Translations under genes and position numbers: made by a program | The notes under the pieces: model-generated | What the model saw: only the letters and a program-made list of their open reading frames with translations | Told to the model about the DNA's origin: nothing | Database searches by the model: none | Assembly: GCA_937901925.1 (NCBI GenBank) | Contig: CALGTS010000046.1 | Coordinates: 6,803 to 70,802, forward strand | Direction: 5' to 3' | From: an uncultured Bacteroidales bacterium | Lineage (GTDB): Bacteria > Bacteroidota > Bacteroidia > Bacteroidales > WCHB1-69 | DNA: 64,000 bases | In this document: positions 43,544 to 54,844 of the stretch, piece by piece | How positions within the stretch are numbered: the stretch's first letter is position 1 | Layout: each line of letters starts with the position of its first letter

Positions 43544-46264
43544 TCATTTCGTTTTTTTACAAATCTCTTTATAGTCACAATAAGCACATCTACTTTCATC
43601 TGTAACTTGCTCAAAATCTTTATCTTTTGAACAAATCTCATTCAGAAGTTCCAATAATTTATTTTCAAAATTTTCCAAGTCGAAACCTCCTTCAATTTCT
43701 CCAAAAAACAGAAAATTCTTATTATCTTTAATATTAGCTTCACGGAGTGAGATAATTCCACTCTTCACATCTGCAGTCGGATAGTTTTTAAGATACAGAT
43801 AGGTATAAAAACTTAGCTGAAAAAGTTGAGAACATTCTGGATCTGAAAATAGATTTTCGAGAGGTTTTTGTAAGTTATCGGAAACACGCCCTGATTTATA
43901 ATCTAAAATATGAATAACTCCATTACGATTGTCAATTCTATCTGCTTTCCCATATAATTTATAACCTTCCAAGGTTGCTTCTAACTCTTTTTCAACAGCT
44001 AATATCTCGTATGGATTTTTATATTCTTGTAAAACTTTATTCAGATAGTTTTTAACATACTGACATACAACATTTTTAATCAGATATGGTTTTCCACTTG
44101 AGAAATCTACTTCTTTCAAATTTTGATCTTCTTGGATAGCATTATCAACCAAAGTTTCAACCATCGAGATTGCCTTTGAAACAACCTCATTGATATTACA
44201 TCCCGGCACCAATACGGTTTCAAAGATTCTATGAATCAGCGTTCCCACAGCATTATCCTCTATTTCCTCAACATCACTTTTCTCAGCTTTCAGTTCAACT
44301 ACATGTTTAAAATAGAATTGCATTGGGCATAAAATGTAAGAGGAAAGCGAAGAGGGTGAGAACTTTTTCTGTTTTAAAATCTCCAACACTTCTTCCGTTT
44401 TAGAAACTGAAAAGGAATTATATTTAAATGTGGGTTGGAGATTAATGTTTTTATATTCTATCGAAATTATATCTCGCGAAACCTTTTGTTTTTCCAATTC
44501 AAACTCCAACTGTTTAATAAATCTACTTTTCTCTTTTAAAGAATCAGAAACATTCGTATCATAGACAATGTGGATTTGAGATGCACGTTGAAGAAGACGG
44601 AAAAAGTGATAAGCAAAGATTGCATCTTTTTCATGGTGTGTAGGCATTTTGAAATAGCGCTTAATATCATACATCAAAAATGACAAATTAGCTTTTCCTT
44701 TAGGTAGAACATTCTCATTTACAGATAATACAATTACATTTTTAAAATCTAGAGTTCTTGTTTCAAGAAGTCCCATTACCTGTAATCCTTGGTCAAAATC
44801 GCCTGCAAAAGGAATCGTAAGTGATGACAGTTTTTCATTTATAATCATTTGTGCTGCAGCAACATAATCCTCTTGAGCAAACAAATCTGCACCCTCATTT
44901 TTAAATCGTTGCACTAGTTCTTCGGTCGCTTGCAGATGTTCAACAATCACTTCCACTATATTTTTATCAAATCCAGCATTCAATTTCTGATTAACATTCT
45001 CAAAAAATGTTCTTAACTCTGAAATAAAATTTTCTGTACTTTGGCACGTTGGAAAAATAATATCATTAGGAAAAAAATCTATTTTATAAACAAATGGGTT
45101 CGGATTGTGAGACAATTTTTTAATTTCCGACACTTTATCTTTCAGAATAGGAACTAGCAATGGATTTTTTACTACAGCAAGCAAGTCTTTTCTATAGTAT
45201 CGTATTTTTTCTGAATGTTGGATAGCTTTAAACCGATAACTATTTTTACAAAGCTCAAAAATTTGGATTAGGAGTTCGTAAGCTGAAGTGATACGCAACG
45301 GATATCCCATCGTATAGTTCACATCTTTGGTTCCATACGCATGAACAAACGGCAACAATAAACTCTCATCTGCAAAAACCAAAACTGTATCATTTAAGTT
45401 ACCTTGTTTCTCCTTAATCTTATTTAACTCTTCAATAGCATAAAAAATTTGAGTCAAACTTCCTGAAGCACCTACAATAGAGATATTTTTAGGAGATGAT
45501 GTGAAATCATTTTTCGACTCAATAGGTGGCAAATTCAATCTATTTTGAATTTTTGCTGCAAAGGGAGCATATTGATCGCGATAAAATTGATCTATATCAA
45601 AAAGCAAGTCACATTTAGAATTGTTATAGAAATATTCTACAATTTTCAATTCAGAAGGTGATAGCGCATGAAATCCTGCAAAAAGAAAACGCTGGTAGGG
45701 TAAAAATTTTGCATATTTCTCAACATTCTCTGCCACATCTCGATACATAATTCCTTGACTAACCTCTTCCTTCTCTTTAAGAATTGATTTTAACTTCGAA
45801 TAAATCGCTCCTAACTTATCGTAAAATTCTAAATATTTCTCCTGATTGTGAGTCAATTTATCGCGAAGGAAGGAGGTTTCCAACTCTTTGATAGATTTCA
45901 AATTTTGAAAAACATCATCGGGATTAAGCATCTGAATATCTACATCATCAATATCCGACAAAAATAGAGAACTCCAACCTATAAATTTTGAAAAGGAGGT
46001 ATCTTCAGAAATTTCGTTCTTATATATCTGATATAGAATTAATAATAACTCATGTTTATCTATTAATTGGTAGGGCGACAACTCCTTAATAAACTCCTCA
46101 ATTGTAATAATTTTGGGTGAAAAAATTGGAGTTTTAATTTTAGAAGTCAGCGAATTAAGCAAAAAACGTTTTGCTCTTCTATTAGGCAAAATCACCATTA
46201 CACGCTCCATCGGAATTGTTGCATCAGCGAGCAAACAATCTACTATTTCATCAATAAAATGCAT
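43544..46264 (-). CDS. AddB-like PD-(D/E)XK nuclease family protein with Fe-S 'iron staple' cysteines
   Basis: 906 aa. The C-terminal RecB-type nuclease motif reads GKADRIDNRNGVIHILDYKSG. The cysteine set is CPMQFY ... CAYCDYKEIC (C-x2-C-x5-C), as in AddB/Cas4-type nucleases. No Walker A motif is seen at the N-terminus. Confidence 0.65.
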   Translation of the reverse strand: MHFIDEIVDCLLADATIPMERVMVILPNRRAKRFLLNSLTSKIKTPIFSPKIITIEEFIKELSPYQLIDKHELLLILYQIYKNEISEDTSFSKFIGWSSLFLSDIDDVDIQMLNPDDVFQNLKSIKELETSFLRDKLTHNQEKYLEFYDKLGAIYSKLKSILKEKEEVSQGIMYRDVAENVEKYAKFLPYQRFLFAGFHALSPSELKIVEYFYNNSKCDLLFDIDQFYRDQYAPFAAKIQNRLNLPPIESKNDFTSSPKNISIVGASGSLTQIFYAIEELNKIKEKQGNLNDTVLVFADESLLLPFVHAYGTKDVNYTMGYPLRITSAYELLIQIFELCKNSYRFKAIQHSEKIRYYRKDLLAVVKNPLLVPILKDKVSEIKKLSHNPNPFVYKIDFFPNDIIFPTCQSTENFISELRTFFENVNQKLNAGFDKNIVEVIVEHLQATEELVQRFKNEGADLFAQEDYVAAAQMIINEKLSSLTIPFAGDFDQGLQVMGLLETRTLDFKNVIVLSVNENVLPKGKANLSFLMYDIKRYFKMPTHHEKDAIFAYHFFRLLQRASQIHIVYDTNVSDSLKEKSRFIKQLEFELEKQKVSRDIISIEYKNINLQPTFKYNSFSVSKTEEVLEILKQKKFSPSSLSSYILCPMQFYFKHVVELKAEKSDVEEIEDNAVGTLIHRIFETVLVPGCNINEVVSKAISMVETLVDNAIQEDQNLKEVDFSSGKPYLIKNVVCQYVKNYLNKVLQEYKNPYEILAVEKELEATLEGYKLYGKADRIDNRNGVIHILDYKSGRVSDNLQKPLENLFSDPECSQLFQLSFYTYLYLKNYPTADVKSGIISLREANIKDNKNFLFFGEIEGGFDLENFENKLLELLNEICSKDKDFEQVTDESRCAYCDYKEICKKTK

Positions 46265-46346
46265 AGACTTATTTCAATTAAATAAAGAATTTGAGATGGT
46301 CAAAAAAACGATCAACATCATCAATTCAACCATCTCATATAGGTGG

Positions 46347-46354
46347 CAAAGATA
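46347..46354 (-). promoter_or_regulatory. -7 promoter box TATCTTTG upstream of the AddB-like gene
   Basis: The plus strand reads caaagata, so the minus strand reads TATCTTTGCC. It lies 13 nt after the clpB stop and about 83 nt upstream of the ATG at 46264. Confidence 0.4.
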
Positions 46355-46366
46355 TGAAATTTCGTT

Positions 46367-48973
46367 TTAAGATCGATTAAAGAATGTAAATTTTCCATCC
46401 TCAAAACTATCCACAACAATAGTTTCATTTTTCTTCAACGAATCGGAAAGGATAATTTTAGAGAGTTCATTTAAAATATGTTTTTGAATTACTCGTTTCA
46501 GAGGGCGTGCACCATAAATTGGATTATAACCCATCTCTACTAAAAGTTCGAGTGCATATTTTGTAAATTCAAGTTTGATATTTTGTTGTCCCAATAATTC
46601 ATTTAACTGACTGATTTGCAAACGAATAATATCTTTAATCTCTCTTTTTGAAAGAGGTTGAAACATAACAATTTCATCAATTCTATTTACGAATTCTGGA
46701 GGAAGTGTTTTTTTAAGCAAATCATTTACTTCTGCTTTAGTTCGTTCAAACACCTCTTCTTCAGAATATTTACCTCTATCAGAATAGTTCTCTTGAATTA
46801 TCGTAGAACCTAAATTTGAGGTCATAATGACTATAGTATTCTTGAAATCTGAAGTGCGGCCTTTATTATCTGTCAACCGCCCGTCGTCAAGCACTTGCAG
46901 AAGCACATTAAAAATATCTGGATGTGCTTTTTCAATTTCATCGAAAAGGATTACAGAATAGGGCTTTCTACGAATCTGTTCCGTCAACTGACCGCCTTCA
47001 TCATAACCCACATAACCTGGAGGCGAACCCACTAAACGGGAGATAGAATGGGCTTCTTGAAACTCACTCATATCGAAACGTATCAGTGCATCTTCAGTAT
47101 TGAAAAGATACTCTGCCAACGCTTTTGCCAACTCTGTTTTACCCACTCCGGTAGTACCCATAAAAACAAACGAACCGATAGGACGGCGACTATCTTGCAA
47201 CCCCGCCCGACTCCGACGAATTGCGTCAGCAACGGCTTCTATTGCTTCATCTTGTCCTACTACGCGCTTGTGCAATTCCTGCTCCAAATGAAGCAATTTC
47301 ATTTTCTCGCTCTGCATCATCTTGCTCACAGGAATGCCAGTCCAACGTGCTACCACCTCGGCAATATCGTCAGCGCCGACTTCTTCATCTATCATTGCAC
47401 CCTCTGCTTGCAGTTTATTTAACTCTTCCTGCAATGTTTTTATCTTATTTTCAGCATCTTTTATAATGCCATAGCGCAACTCTGCTACTCTCCCATAGTT
47501 ACCTTGACGTTCCTGCTCTGCTGCTTCTAACTTAAAATCTTCAATATCCGATTTTATCTTCTGAATCTCTTCTGCCACATCCTTTTCTGCACGCCACTTG
47601 GAAGCGATACTATTTCTTTGCTCCTGAAGTTCAGCAATCTGCTTACTCATACTTCTATCTTTCTCCTCCTCACCCTCTTTGCGTATTGCCTCACGCTCAA
47701 TCTCCAACTGTCGAATTTTACGTTCCAGCTCATCTAACTCTTCTGGAACTGAATTTAGTTCTAACTTCAACTTAGAAGCGGCTTCATCAATAAGATCAAT
47801 TGCCTTATCCGGCAAAAATCTATCAGAAATATATCTTTGCGATAATTCAACTGCGGCAATAATTGCCTCGTCCAAAATCCTCACCTGATGGTGATGTTCA
47901 TAACGCTCTTTCAACCCTCTTAAAATTGAAATTGCTGAATATTTGTCAGGTTCATCAATTAAAACAGGTTGGAAACGACGCGCTAAGGCCTTATCTTTTT
48001 CAAAATATTTTTGATATTCATTTAAAGTTGTAGCTCCTATAGAGCGCAGCTCTCCTCTCGAAAGTGCAGGTTTCAAAATATTTGCAGCGTCCATTGCACC
48101 CTCGCCCGAAGATCCAGCTCCTACCAGCGTGTGAATTTCATCAATAAAGAGAATTATTTCACCATCAGAATCCATCACCTCTTTAATTACATTTTTCAAA
48201 CGCTCCTCAAACTCTCCTTTATATTTAGCGCCTGCTACCAATGCTCCCATATCCAAAGAAAACAGTTTCTTGGTTTTCAAATTTTCAGGAACATCACCAC
48301 TAACCAAACGATGTGCAAGTCCCTCTGCTATAGCAGTTTTTCCCACTCCAGGCTCACCAATTAAAATCGGATTATTTTTGGTACGACGAGAAAGAATCTG
48401 CAACACGCGACGAATCTCTTCATCACGACCTATCACTGGATCTAACTTTCCTTTTCGGGCTGCCTCATTCAAGTTGGTTGCATAGCGATTTAACGCATTA
48501 TAACTATCCTCCCCCATCTCCGAGGTAATCTTTGCACCTTTGCGAAGTTCCTGTATGGCAGCCGTAATTCCTTTTTCTGTAACCCCCAAGTCTTTCAATA
48601 TCTTAGCGGCTTCATCATTCGCCATAAAAACACCATAAAAAAGATGTTCCAACGAAACAAACTCATCCTTTAGCTCATTACTAAAAATAATAGCGCGCTG
48701 AATAGCACTATTTACACCAGGTGCAAGATATACATCATTACTATTACCGTTTCCTTTTGGCATGTGCTGAAGTTGACGACTAATAACCTGTTCTAAAACA
48801 CGAGGATTTACATCCATTTTCTTCAATAGAAAAGGAATGACGTTGGCATCCACGTCCATTAATGACTTTAGTATATGAAGGTTATCAATCCGCTGCTGTT
48901 GATTTTGCATTGCTAACATCTGAGCATTAGCAATAGCTTCTTGAGATTTGAGAGTTAGATTATTAAAGTTCAT
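46367..48973 (-). CDS. clpB: ATP-dependent chaperone ClpB
   Basis: 868 aa with two AAA+ modules ([10 protein letters not shown] and [10 protein letters not shown] Walker A motifs). It has a long middle coiled-coil domain and a Clp N-terminal repeat. Confidence 0.95.
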   Translation of the reverse strand: MNFNNLTLKSQEAIANAQMLAMQNQQQRIDNLHILKSLMDVDANVIPFLLKKMDVNPRVLEQVISRQLQHMPKGNGNSNDVYLAPGVNSAIQRAIIFSNELKDEFVSLEHLFYGVFMANDEAAKILKDLGVTEKGITAAIQELRKGAKITSEMGEDSYNALNRYATNLNEAARKGKLDPVIGRDEEIRRVLQILSRRTKNNPILIGEPGVGKTAIAEGLAHRLVSGDVPENLKTKKLFSLDMGALVAGAKYKGEFEERLKNVIKEVMDSDGEIILFIDEIHTLVGAGSSGEGAMDAANILKPALSRGELRSIGATTLNEYQKYFEKDKALARRFQPVLIDEPDKYSAISILRGLKERYEHHHQVRILDEAIIAAVELSQRYISDRFLPDKAIDLIDEAASKLKLELNSVPEELDELERKIRQLEIEREAIRKEGEEEKDRSMSKQIAELQEQRNSIASKWRAEKDVAEEIQKIKSDIEDFKLEAAEQERQGNYGRVAELRYGIIKDAENKIKTLQEELNKLQAEGAMIDEEVGADDIAEVVARWTGIPVSKMMQSEKMKLLHLEQELHKRVVGQDEAIEAVADAIRRSRAGLQDSRRPIGSFVFMGTTGVGKTELAKALAEYLFNTEDALIRFDMSEFQEAHSISRLVGSPPGYVGYDEGGQLTEQIRRKPYSVILFDEIEKAHPDIFNVLLQVLDDGRLTDNKGRTSDFKNTIVIMTSNLGSTIIQENYSDRGKYSEEEVFERTKAEVNDLLKKTLPPEFVNRIDEIVMFQPLSKREIKDIIRLQISQLNELLGQQNIKLEFTKYALELLVEMGYNPIYGARPLKRVIQKHILNELSKIILSDSLKKNETIVVDSFEDGKFTFFNRS

Positions 48974-49218
48974 AGTTTCTCTTTTTTAATTCATAATTTT
49001 TTGATGGTCGTTCCTCTTAGCAACATCTTTGCCAAAACTAAAAAACTGACAAAATGACATATAACAAAACCTAACAAATAGCAAAGTTACCTTTTAAAAT
49101 CTCATTTAAACAGAATCAAAAATGGTAACTTAACTTGAAAAGTTCAGATTAAATTAGAAGCTTATCCTCCATTTTTCAATTAATTTTCGATTTAAAATAA
49201 TTTCCTACAAAAATAATG

Positions 49219-49226
49219 TATCTTTG
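49219..49226 (+). promoter_or_regulatory. -7 promoter box TATCTTTG upstream of the M49-like peptidase operon
   Basis: TATCTTTGTA lies about 130 nt upstream of the ATG at 49358, which implies a long A-rich leader. Confidence 0.4.
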
Positions 49227-49357
49227 TAGGCGTAAAAAAAGAGAATTTTTATCTGAATAAAAACAAAAACATCTTCTATAAACACACTAAATATCAATAA
49301 AATACCGAATAAAACAAGAACATAGGATAAAATTATTAATAACAAAAAAACTCGCTT

Positions 49358-51019
49358 ATGAAAAAGATTTTTATCACCCTTTCCTGCTTGGCAACCATTG
49401 CCATAGTTTGTTCATCTTGCAAAAGTAAATCTTCTACAGAAGAAACCTCTACGGAACCTGTAAAGAGTGAAATACAAAAGAAGGTTGAAGAGTTCTATTA
49501 TGTTGATCTTACTGCCCCAGAACTCATCGCAAACCTTACCGAAAACGAGAAAAAATTGATTCCAATCTTTATCGAAATCGCAGAGATTATTGATGATCTT
49601 TTTTGGAAACAAACTTTCGGTGACAAATCTATCCTCGATACCATTCAAGACCCATACATTAAGGACTTCGTATCCATCAACTATGGTCCTTGGGAAAGAT
49701 TAAATAATGATGCTCCTTTCGTTACAGGCTTTGGTACAAAACCCCTCACTTGCCAATACTACCCTACAGACATCACTGTTGAGGAATATGAAGCATACAC
49801 CGACCCGAACAAAGGTAGCTTATATACAGTTCTTAGAAGAAATGAAGATGGAAGCCTAAAAACTGTTTGGTACAGAGATGAGTACAAAGCTGAAATCGAC
49901 CAAATTTGCACCCTTTTAGACCAAGCTATTGAGTTGGCTGAAAACAACGGCTTGAAAAACTATTTAATCGAACGTAAGAAAGCATTCCAAACTGACGACT
50001 ATTTTGCTAGCGATATGGCTTGGATGGATATGAAAGACAGTCGTATTGACTTTGTTGTTGGACCTATCGAAAACTACGATGATTGTTTCCAAAAAGCAAA
50101 AGCAGCATACGAAGCATACATTTTACTAAAAGATGAAGCAAGAAGTGAGCAACTCACTAAATTCATCGCTTTATTACCACAATTACAAAAAGAACTTCCT
50201 TGCGCACCAGAATATAAAACCTTCGTACCTGGAAGTTCTTCTGACATGAATGTTTATAATGCGGTTTATTATGCTGGAGATTGTAACTCTGGAAGTAAAA
50301 CCATTGCCATTAACCTACCAAACGACGACCGCGTAGCAAAATCAAAAGGTACACGCAGACTCCAACTTAGAAATAGTATGCAAGCTAAATACGACCTCAT
50401 CATTCCTGCTATCGGCAACTTACTTTTCACTCCTGACGTACAAGAACACCTTAAGTTCGATGCATTTTTCTGGAATGTTACTTTCCACGAAGTAGCACAT
50501 GGTTTAGGCATTAAACAAACCATCAACGGAAAAGGAAGTGTTGATAAAGCTATGGGTAACGAAGTTACTGCTTGGGAAGAAGCTAAAGCCGACATTTTAG
50601 GATTGTTTATGGTTTGCAAATTGGTAGAAATGGGTGAAATTACTGATATTACTGCTGAAGATGCTATCGCAACTTTTATGGCAGGCATCTTCCGCTCTAT
50701 TCGTTTCGGTATCAGTAAAGACCACGGAACCGCTAATATGATGTGTTTGAGCTACATGATGGAACAAGGTGCTCTAACTCGCGGCACCGATGGTATCTAC
50801 CAAATTGATATGATAAAAGCAAAAGAAGCTATCAACGGATGGGCAAATCTTATTATTACTACTCAAGGTGATGGAAACTATGAGTTTGCAAAAGAATTCC
50901 GCGCTCAACATAATGTAATTTCTGCTGAATTACAGAGCGATCTTGACAAAATCAATGCTGCTGGAATTCCGAAAGACATTCGTTTTAACCAAGGCTTAAA
51001 AGTTCTCGGACTAGAATAA
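49358..51019 (+). CDS. Short-form M49-like (dipeptidyl-peptidase III family) zinc metallopeptidase, lipoprotein
   Basis: 553 aa with the lipoprotein signal IAIVCSSC. It carries HEVAH (50486..50500) and, 25 residues later, EEAKAD (50576..50593). This resembles the HExxH plus EExKAD zinc-site pair of the short bacterial/plant DPP III-like subgroup. Assignment is from memory. Confidence 0.5.
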   Translation: MKKIFITLSCLATIAIVCSSCKSKSSTEETSTEPVKSEIQKKVEEFYYVDLTAPELIANLTENEKKLIPIFIEIAEIIDDLFWKQTFGDKSILDTIQDPYIKDFVSINYGPWERLNNDAPFVTGFGTKPLTCQYYPTDITVEEYEAYTDPNKGSLYTVLRRNEDGSLKTVWYRDEYKAEIDQICTLLDQAIELAENNGLKNYLIERKKAFQTDDYFASDMAWMDMKDSRIDFVVGPIENYDDCFQKAKAAYEAYILLKDEARSEQLTKFIALLPQLQKELPCAPEYKTFVPGSSSDMNVYNAVYYAGDCNSGSKTIAINLPNDDRVAKSKGTRRLQLRNSMQAKYDLIIPAIGNLLFTPDVQEHLKFDAFFWNVTFHEVAHGLGIKQTINGKGSVDKAMGNEVTAWEEAKADILGLFMVCKLVEMGEITDITAEDAIATFMAGIFRSIRFGISKDHGTANMMCLSYMMEQGALTRGTDGIYQIDMIKAKEAINGWANLIITTQGDGNYEFAKEFRAQHNVISAELQSDLDKINAAGIPKDIRFNQGLKVLGLE

Positions 51020-51031
51020 TTGATATAAACT

Positions 51032-52489
51032 ATGATAACCTTTACAATTTGCTTATGTATCCTCATTGCAGGATACTTCCTTTACGGGAAAATAGCAGAA
51101 AAGGTATTCGGAGTAAATCCAAACCGCACAACGCCGGCATACAATATTAACGACGGAGTGGACTTCATCCCGATGAATCCTATACGCGTTTTTATTATTC
51201 AATTTCTGAACATTGCTGGCGTTGGGCCTATTTTTGGGGCTATTTTAGGCGCTAAATTTGGCATTACCTCCTTTTTCTGGATTGCATTAGGAAGTGTTTT
51301 TATCGGAGGCATACACGATTTTATTCCAGGTATGATTTCTCTACGTAAAAATGGTGTTTCATTAGCAGAAATACACGGAGAATACCTAGGAAACTTCACT
51401 CGTAGATTTATGCGTATTTTCCTAATCTTTTTTTGCGTATTGGTTGGCGTTGTTTTCGTAATGAGCCCAGCAATGCTTTTAGAGGAAATTACGCCTGATT
51501 TTTTTAACAAAGCCTTTTGGATTGTAATTATATTCATTTATTATATTATCGCAACCCTTCTTCCTATTGACAAAATCATTGGAAAGATTTACCCCATTTT
51601 TGGGGTGTGCTTACTCTTTATGGCAATAGCGATTCTTGTTGCCTTGTTCATTAACCATCCGAACATCCCTGAATTTTGGCAAGGTGCTGCTAATATCCAT
51701 CCACAAAAAGGAGAACTCCCCATATTCCCTGTACTTTTCATCACAATTGCCTGCGGAGCTGTTTCTGGCTTCCACCCGACCCAGTCTTCGCTCATGGCAA
51801 GATGCTTAACTAATGAGAAATATGGTCGTCCTATTTTTTACGGATCAATGATTACAGAAGGAATTGTAGCTCTTGTTTGGGCTGCTGCAGCAACAGCATT
51901 TTTCCACAATCCCGAATATACAGCACAAGGAATTATCAATCAGGATCCTGCTTCTATCGTCAACCTCATCGCTAACACTTGGCTAGGGAAGGTAGGTGCT
52001 ATCTTTGCCATTTTAGGCGTTATCTGCGCCCCCATTTCCACAGGAGATACTGCATTCCGTTCCGCCCGACTGATGGCTGCCGATGTCTTCAACTTGGAAC
52101 AAAAAAGTATCTCAAAACGACTGATCCTTGCTGTTCCATTATTTGCTATCGCAATACTTTTCCTAATCTATAATATGAAAGCCCCCGACTCCTTCAACTC
52201 TATTTGGAGATTTTTCTCTTTGGCTAACCAAATCATCGCCGCTGTAACATTATGGGCAATAACCGTTTATCTTCATCAAGAAAGAAAAAACTTTATCATC
52301 ACCATTATTCCAGCCATTTTTATGACATTGGTTACAACCTCCTTTATCTTTATTTCTCCAACTGAAGGTTTCGGCCTTAATCCATTCATCTCCTACTCTT
52401 GCAGCATCCTTTTAACCATTGCCGCACTTTTCAGATTTCTATTTTGGAAACGCAAATATGATAAAACTAGAGCAAAATTACAAAACTAA
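51032..52489 (+). CDS. cstA: Carbon starvation protein CstA family transporter
   Basis: 485 aa, polytopic, with [18 protein letters not shown] and [13 protein letters not shown] motifs characteristic of CstA. Confidence 0.75.
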   Translation: MITFTICLCILIAGYFLYGKIAEKVFGVNPNRTTPAYNINDGVDFIPMNPIRVFIIQFLNIAGVGPIFGAILGAKFGITSFFWIALGSVFIGGIHDFIPGMISLRKNGVSLAEIHGEYLGNFTRRFMRIFLIFFCVLVGVVFVMSPAMLLEEITPDFFNKAFWIVIIFIYYIIATLLPIDKIIGKIYPIFGVCLLFMAIAILVALFINHPNIPEFWQGAANIHPQKGELPIFPVLFITIACGAVSGFHPTQSSLMARCLTNEKYGRPIFYGSMITEGIVALVWAAAATAFFHNPEYTAQGIINQDPASIVNLIANTWLGKVGAIFAILGVICAPISTGDTAFRSARLMAADVFNLEQKSISKRLILAVPLFAIAILFLIYNMKAPDSFNSIWRFFSLANQIIAAVTLWAITVYLHQERKNFIITIIPAIFMTLVTTSFIFISPTEGFGLNPFISYSCSILLTIAALFRFLFWKRKYDKTRAKLQN

Positions 52490-53310
52490 TGACACAGTAT
52501 TTATACAGAAACGTAAGTAAAGTAACTACAAACGTTTTACAAAGAATGCGTAATGAAGGCGAGAAGATTGCCATGCTTACTGCATACGATTATTCCACAG
52601 CAAAACTACTCGATTCAACCCATATTGATGTTATCTTGGTGGGTGATTCTGCAGCCAATGTAATGGCAGGTTACAGAACAACCCTACCAATAACACTCAA
52701 TGAAATGATTTACCACGCTTCATCAGTAGTGCGTGCCGTAAAGAGAGCCCTTGTTGTGGTTGATATGCCCTTCGGAACTTACCAAGGAAACTCTAAGGAA
52801 GCTTTGAATTCTGCAATCCGCATTATGAAAGAATCTGGTGCTGACGCAGTAAAAATGGAAGGTGGCGTAGAGATTTCGGAAAGTATTGATAGAATTCTCT
52901 CAGCAGGAATTCCGGTCATGGGACACTTAGGACTTACTCCTCAATCTATCAATAAATTCGGAACCTATTCCGTAAGAGCAACCGAAGAGAAAGAAGCCGA
53001 AAAACTGATTGAAGATGCCAAAATTCTTGAACAACACGGATGCTTTGCCATCGTTTTGGAAAAAATTCCAGCAACTCTTGCCAAGGTGGTTACCGAAAGT
53101 ATCAACATACCAACTATTGGAATCGGTGCCGGACATCACACAAGCGGTCAAGTGCTAGTTTTTCACGATATGATGGGATACACTCAAGAGTTCTCCCCAA
53201 GATTCCTTCGCAGATACCACAACATCGGAGAAGAAATTATTGGTGCAGTAGAACACTATATCCGCGACGTTAAAGAAGTAAAATTTCCCGATGACTCAGA
53301 ACAATACTAA
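52489..53310 (+). CDS. panB: 3-methyl-2-oxobutanoate hydroxymethyltransferase
   Basis: 273 aa with [45 protein letters not shown] and GHLGLTPQS. The ATGA overlap with the cstA stop indicates coupling. Confidence 0.9.
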   Translation: MTQYLYRNVSKVTTNVLQRMRNEGEKIAMLTAYDYSTAKLLDSTHIDVILVGDSAANVMAGYRTTLPITLNEMIYHASSVVRAVKRALVVVDMPFGTYQGNSKEALNSAIRIMKESGADAVKMEGGVEISESIDRILSAGIPVMGHLGLTPQSINKFGTYSVRATEEKEAEKLIEDAKILEQHGCFAIVLEKIPATLAKVVTESINIPTIGIGAGHHTSGQVLVFHDMMGYTQEFSPRFLRRYHNIGEEIIGAVEHYIRDVKEVKFPDDSEQY

Positions 53311-54019
53311 TAAACTTCCTCGAATAGAAATCGACATCAACGAAAGAGTTTTATTCGAAGACAATCACCTCATTATCATCAATAAATTGGCAGGTGAAAT
53401 TGTCCAAGGTGATAAAACTGGCGATTTACCCTTAGTAGAGAAGGTAAAAAACTATCTCAAGGAGAAATATAACAAGCCAGGAAATGTTTTCTGCGGATTA
53501 GTACATCGAATTGACAGACCTGTAAGCGGTGCAGTAATCTTTGCTAAAACCTCGAAGGCACTTACTAGAATGAATAAGATTGTCCAAGATCGGAATATTA
53601 CCAAAACCTACTGGGCTCTCGTTGAGAAAACACCCGAACAACCAGAAGGACGGCTTGTTCATTTTATAAAGAAAAACGAAGCACTAAATAAATCTATAGC
53701 CATCAACGAGGAAAAGAAAGATTACCAACGCGCTGAATTGGAATACAAAGTATTAGGAAAATCACAGAACTATACACTTTTAGAGATCTCCTTACTAACA
53801 GGAAGACATCACCAAATTCGAGCACAATTAGCCGCTACTGGGGCCACAATTAAAGGAGACTTGAAATATGGTGCAAAACGTAGCAATAAAGATGGATCAA
53901 TTTCGCTACACGCTGTTAGAATTCAATTCCAACACCCTGTAAACAAAGAAAATATAATTCTTAAAGCACCTATATTGAATGGTGAATTCCTTAAGATTGT
54001 TTCGCAAATCAATAGTTAG
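53291..54019 (+). CDS. RluA-family pseudouridine synthase
   Basis: 242 aa with [17 protein letters not shown] (catalytic Asp motif) and [12 protein letters not shown]. Confidence 0.75.
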   Translation: MTQNNTNKLPRIEIDINERVLFEDNHLIIINKLAGEIVQGDKTGDLPLVEKVKNYLKEKYNKPGNVFCGLVHRIDRPVSGAVIFAKTSKALTRMNKIVQDRNITKTYWALVEKTPEQPEGRLVHFIKKNEALNKSIAINEEKKDYQRAELEYKVLGKSQNYTLLEISLLTGRHHQIRAQLAATGATIKGDLKYGAKRSNKDGSISLHAVRIQFQHPVNKENIILKAPILNGEFLKIVSQINS

Positions 54020-54029
54020 AATCAGAAAA

Positions 54030-54064
54030 AACAATCCTACAAGCTGTAGAGATTGTTTTTTTTT
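54030..54064 (+). terminator. Rho-independent terminator after the pseudouridine synthase gene
   Basis: AACAATCCTACA-AGC-TGTAGAGATTGTT followed by TTTTTTT. Confidence 0.8.
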
Positions 54065-54065
54065 A

Positions 54066-54073
54066 TATATTTG
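54066..54073 (+). promoter_or_regulatory. -7 promoter box TATATTTG for the T9SS-cargo gene
   Basis: TATATTTGCC lies 38 nt upstream of the ATG at 54112. Confidence 0.5.
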
Positions 54074-54111
54074 CCAAATTAATTGTTTAACCATCATAAT
54101 TAAAAATAGCT

Positions 54112-54837
54112 ATGAAAAAATTATTCGTATTATTTATATGTTTCTTTGTATCAGCTACTTTTGCGCAAAGTTTATTACTCGAATACAATGGCGAAAATGT
54201 AGCAGAAGGTGATACTATTGTCGGAGTTACAACAAATATGAATGGAGAAACTCCTTTCTTTATTGACTTAACAAACAACACTGATGGTAGAGTACAACTA
54301 AAAGTTCGTAAAGAAACTATATCTTTAGTAACAGATGCATATTGTTCTTTTTGTTTAGGAGAATGTTATTCAGGAGATGAGAGTATTTTTCCATACGAAA
54401 TGAATGCTGGAGAAAGCCTAACCCATGCAGAAGCAGGTGACTTAGCGTTTCACCTTAACTACAACCCAAACCGAAATGAAGGAACCTCATTATTCCATTT
54501 TATAGTTTTTGATGAAACCAATCCTGAAATCACTACTAGTTTCTATTTCTCTGTTACAGCTACTTCCAATGTGGGTATCCAAAATTACAATACAAATACA
54601 CTTTCTGCATATCCAAATCCTGCGAAGGACTACGTTACTATCAACTATACAATCAATAACTCTCCTGCAAAATTGGTAATAAGAAACCTTGTAGGTGCAA
54701 CAGTTTTTGCACAAAATATTAATCCTACAAATACTAAAGTAAAAATTTCTCTTTCCGATTTTAAAGCTGGAGTTTACTTCTACTCAATCGAACAAAATGG
54801 CAAAACCTCACTTACCAAGAAGTTAATCGTGAAATAA
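54112..54837 (+). CDS. Secreted protein with T9SS C-terminal sorting domain
   Basis: 241 aa with a signal peptide. The C-terminal 80 aa read LSAYPNPAKDYVTINYT...LVIRNLVGATVF...ISLSDFKAGVYFYSIEQNGKTSLTKKLIVK. This matches the Por secretion tail pattern (yPNPa.d...i......v.i.n..G..v......idls.l..GvYf..i.......KlivK). Confidence 0.65.
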   Translation: MKKLFVLFICFFVSATFAQSLLLEYNGENVAEGDTIVGVTTNMNGETPFFIDLTNNTDGRVQLKVRKETISLVTDAYCSFCLGECYSGDESIFPYEMNAGESLTHAEAGDLAFHLNYNPNRNEGTSLFHFIVFDETNPEITTSFYFSVTATSNVGIQNYNTNTLSAYPNPAKDYVTINYTINNSPAKLVIRNLVGATVFAQNINPTNTKVKISLSDFKAGVYFYSIEQNGKTSLTKKLIVK

Positions 54838-54844
54838 AATTATC

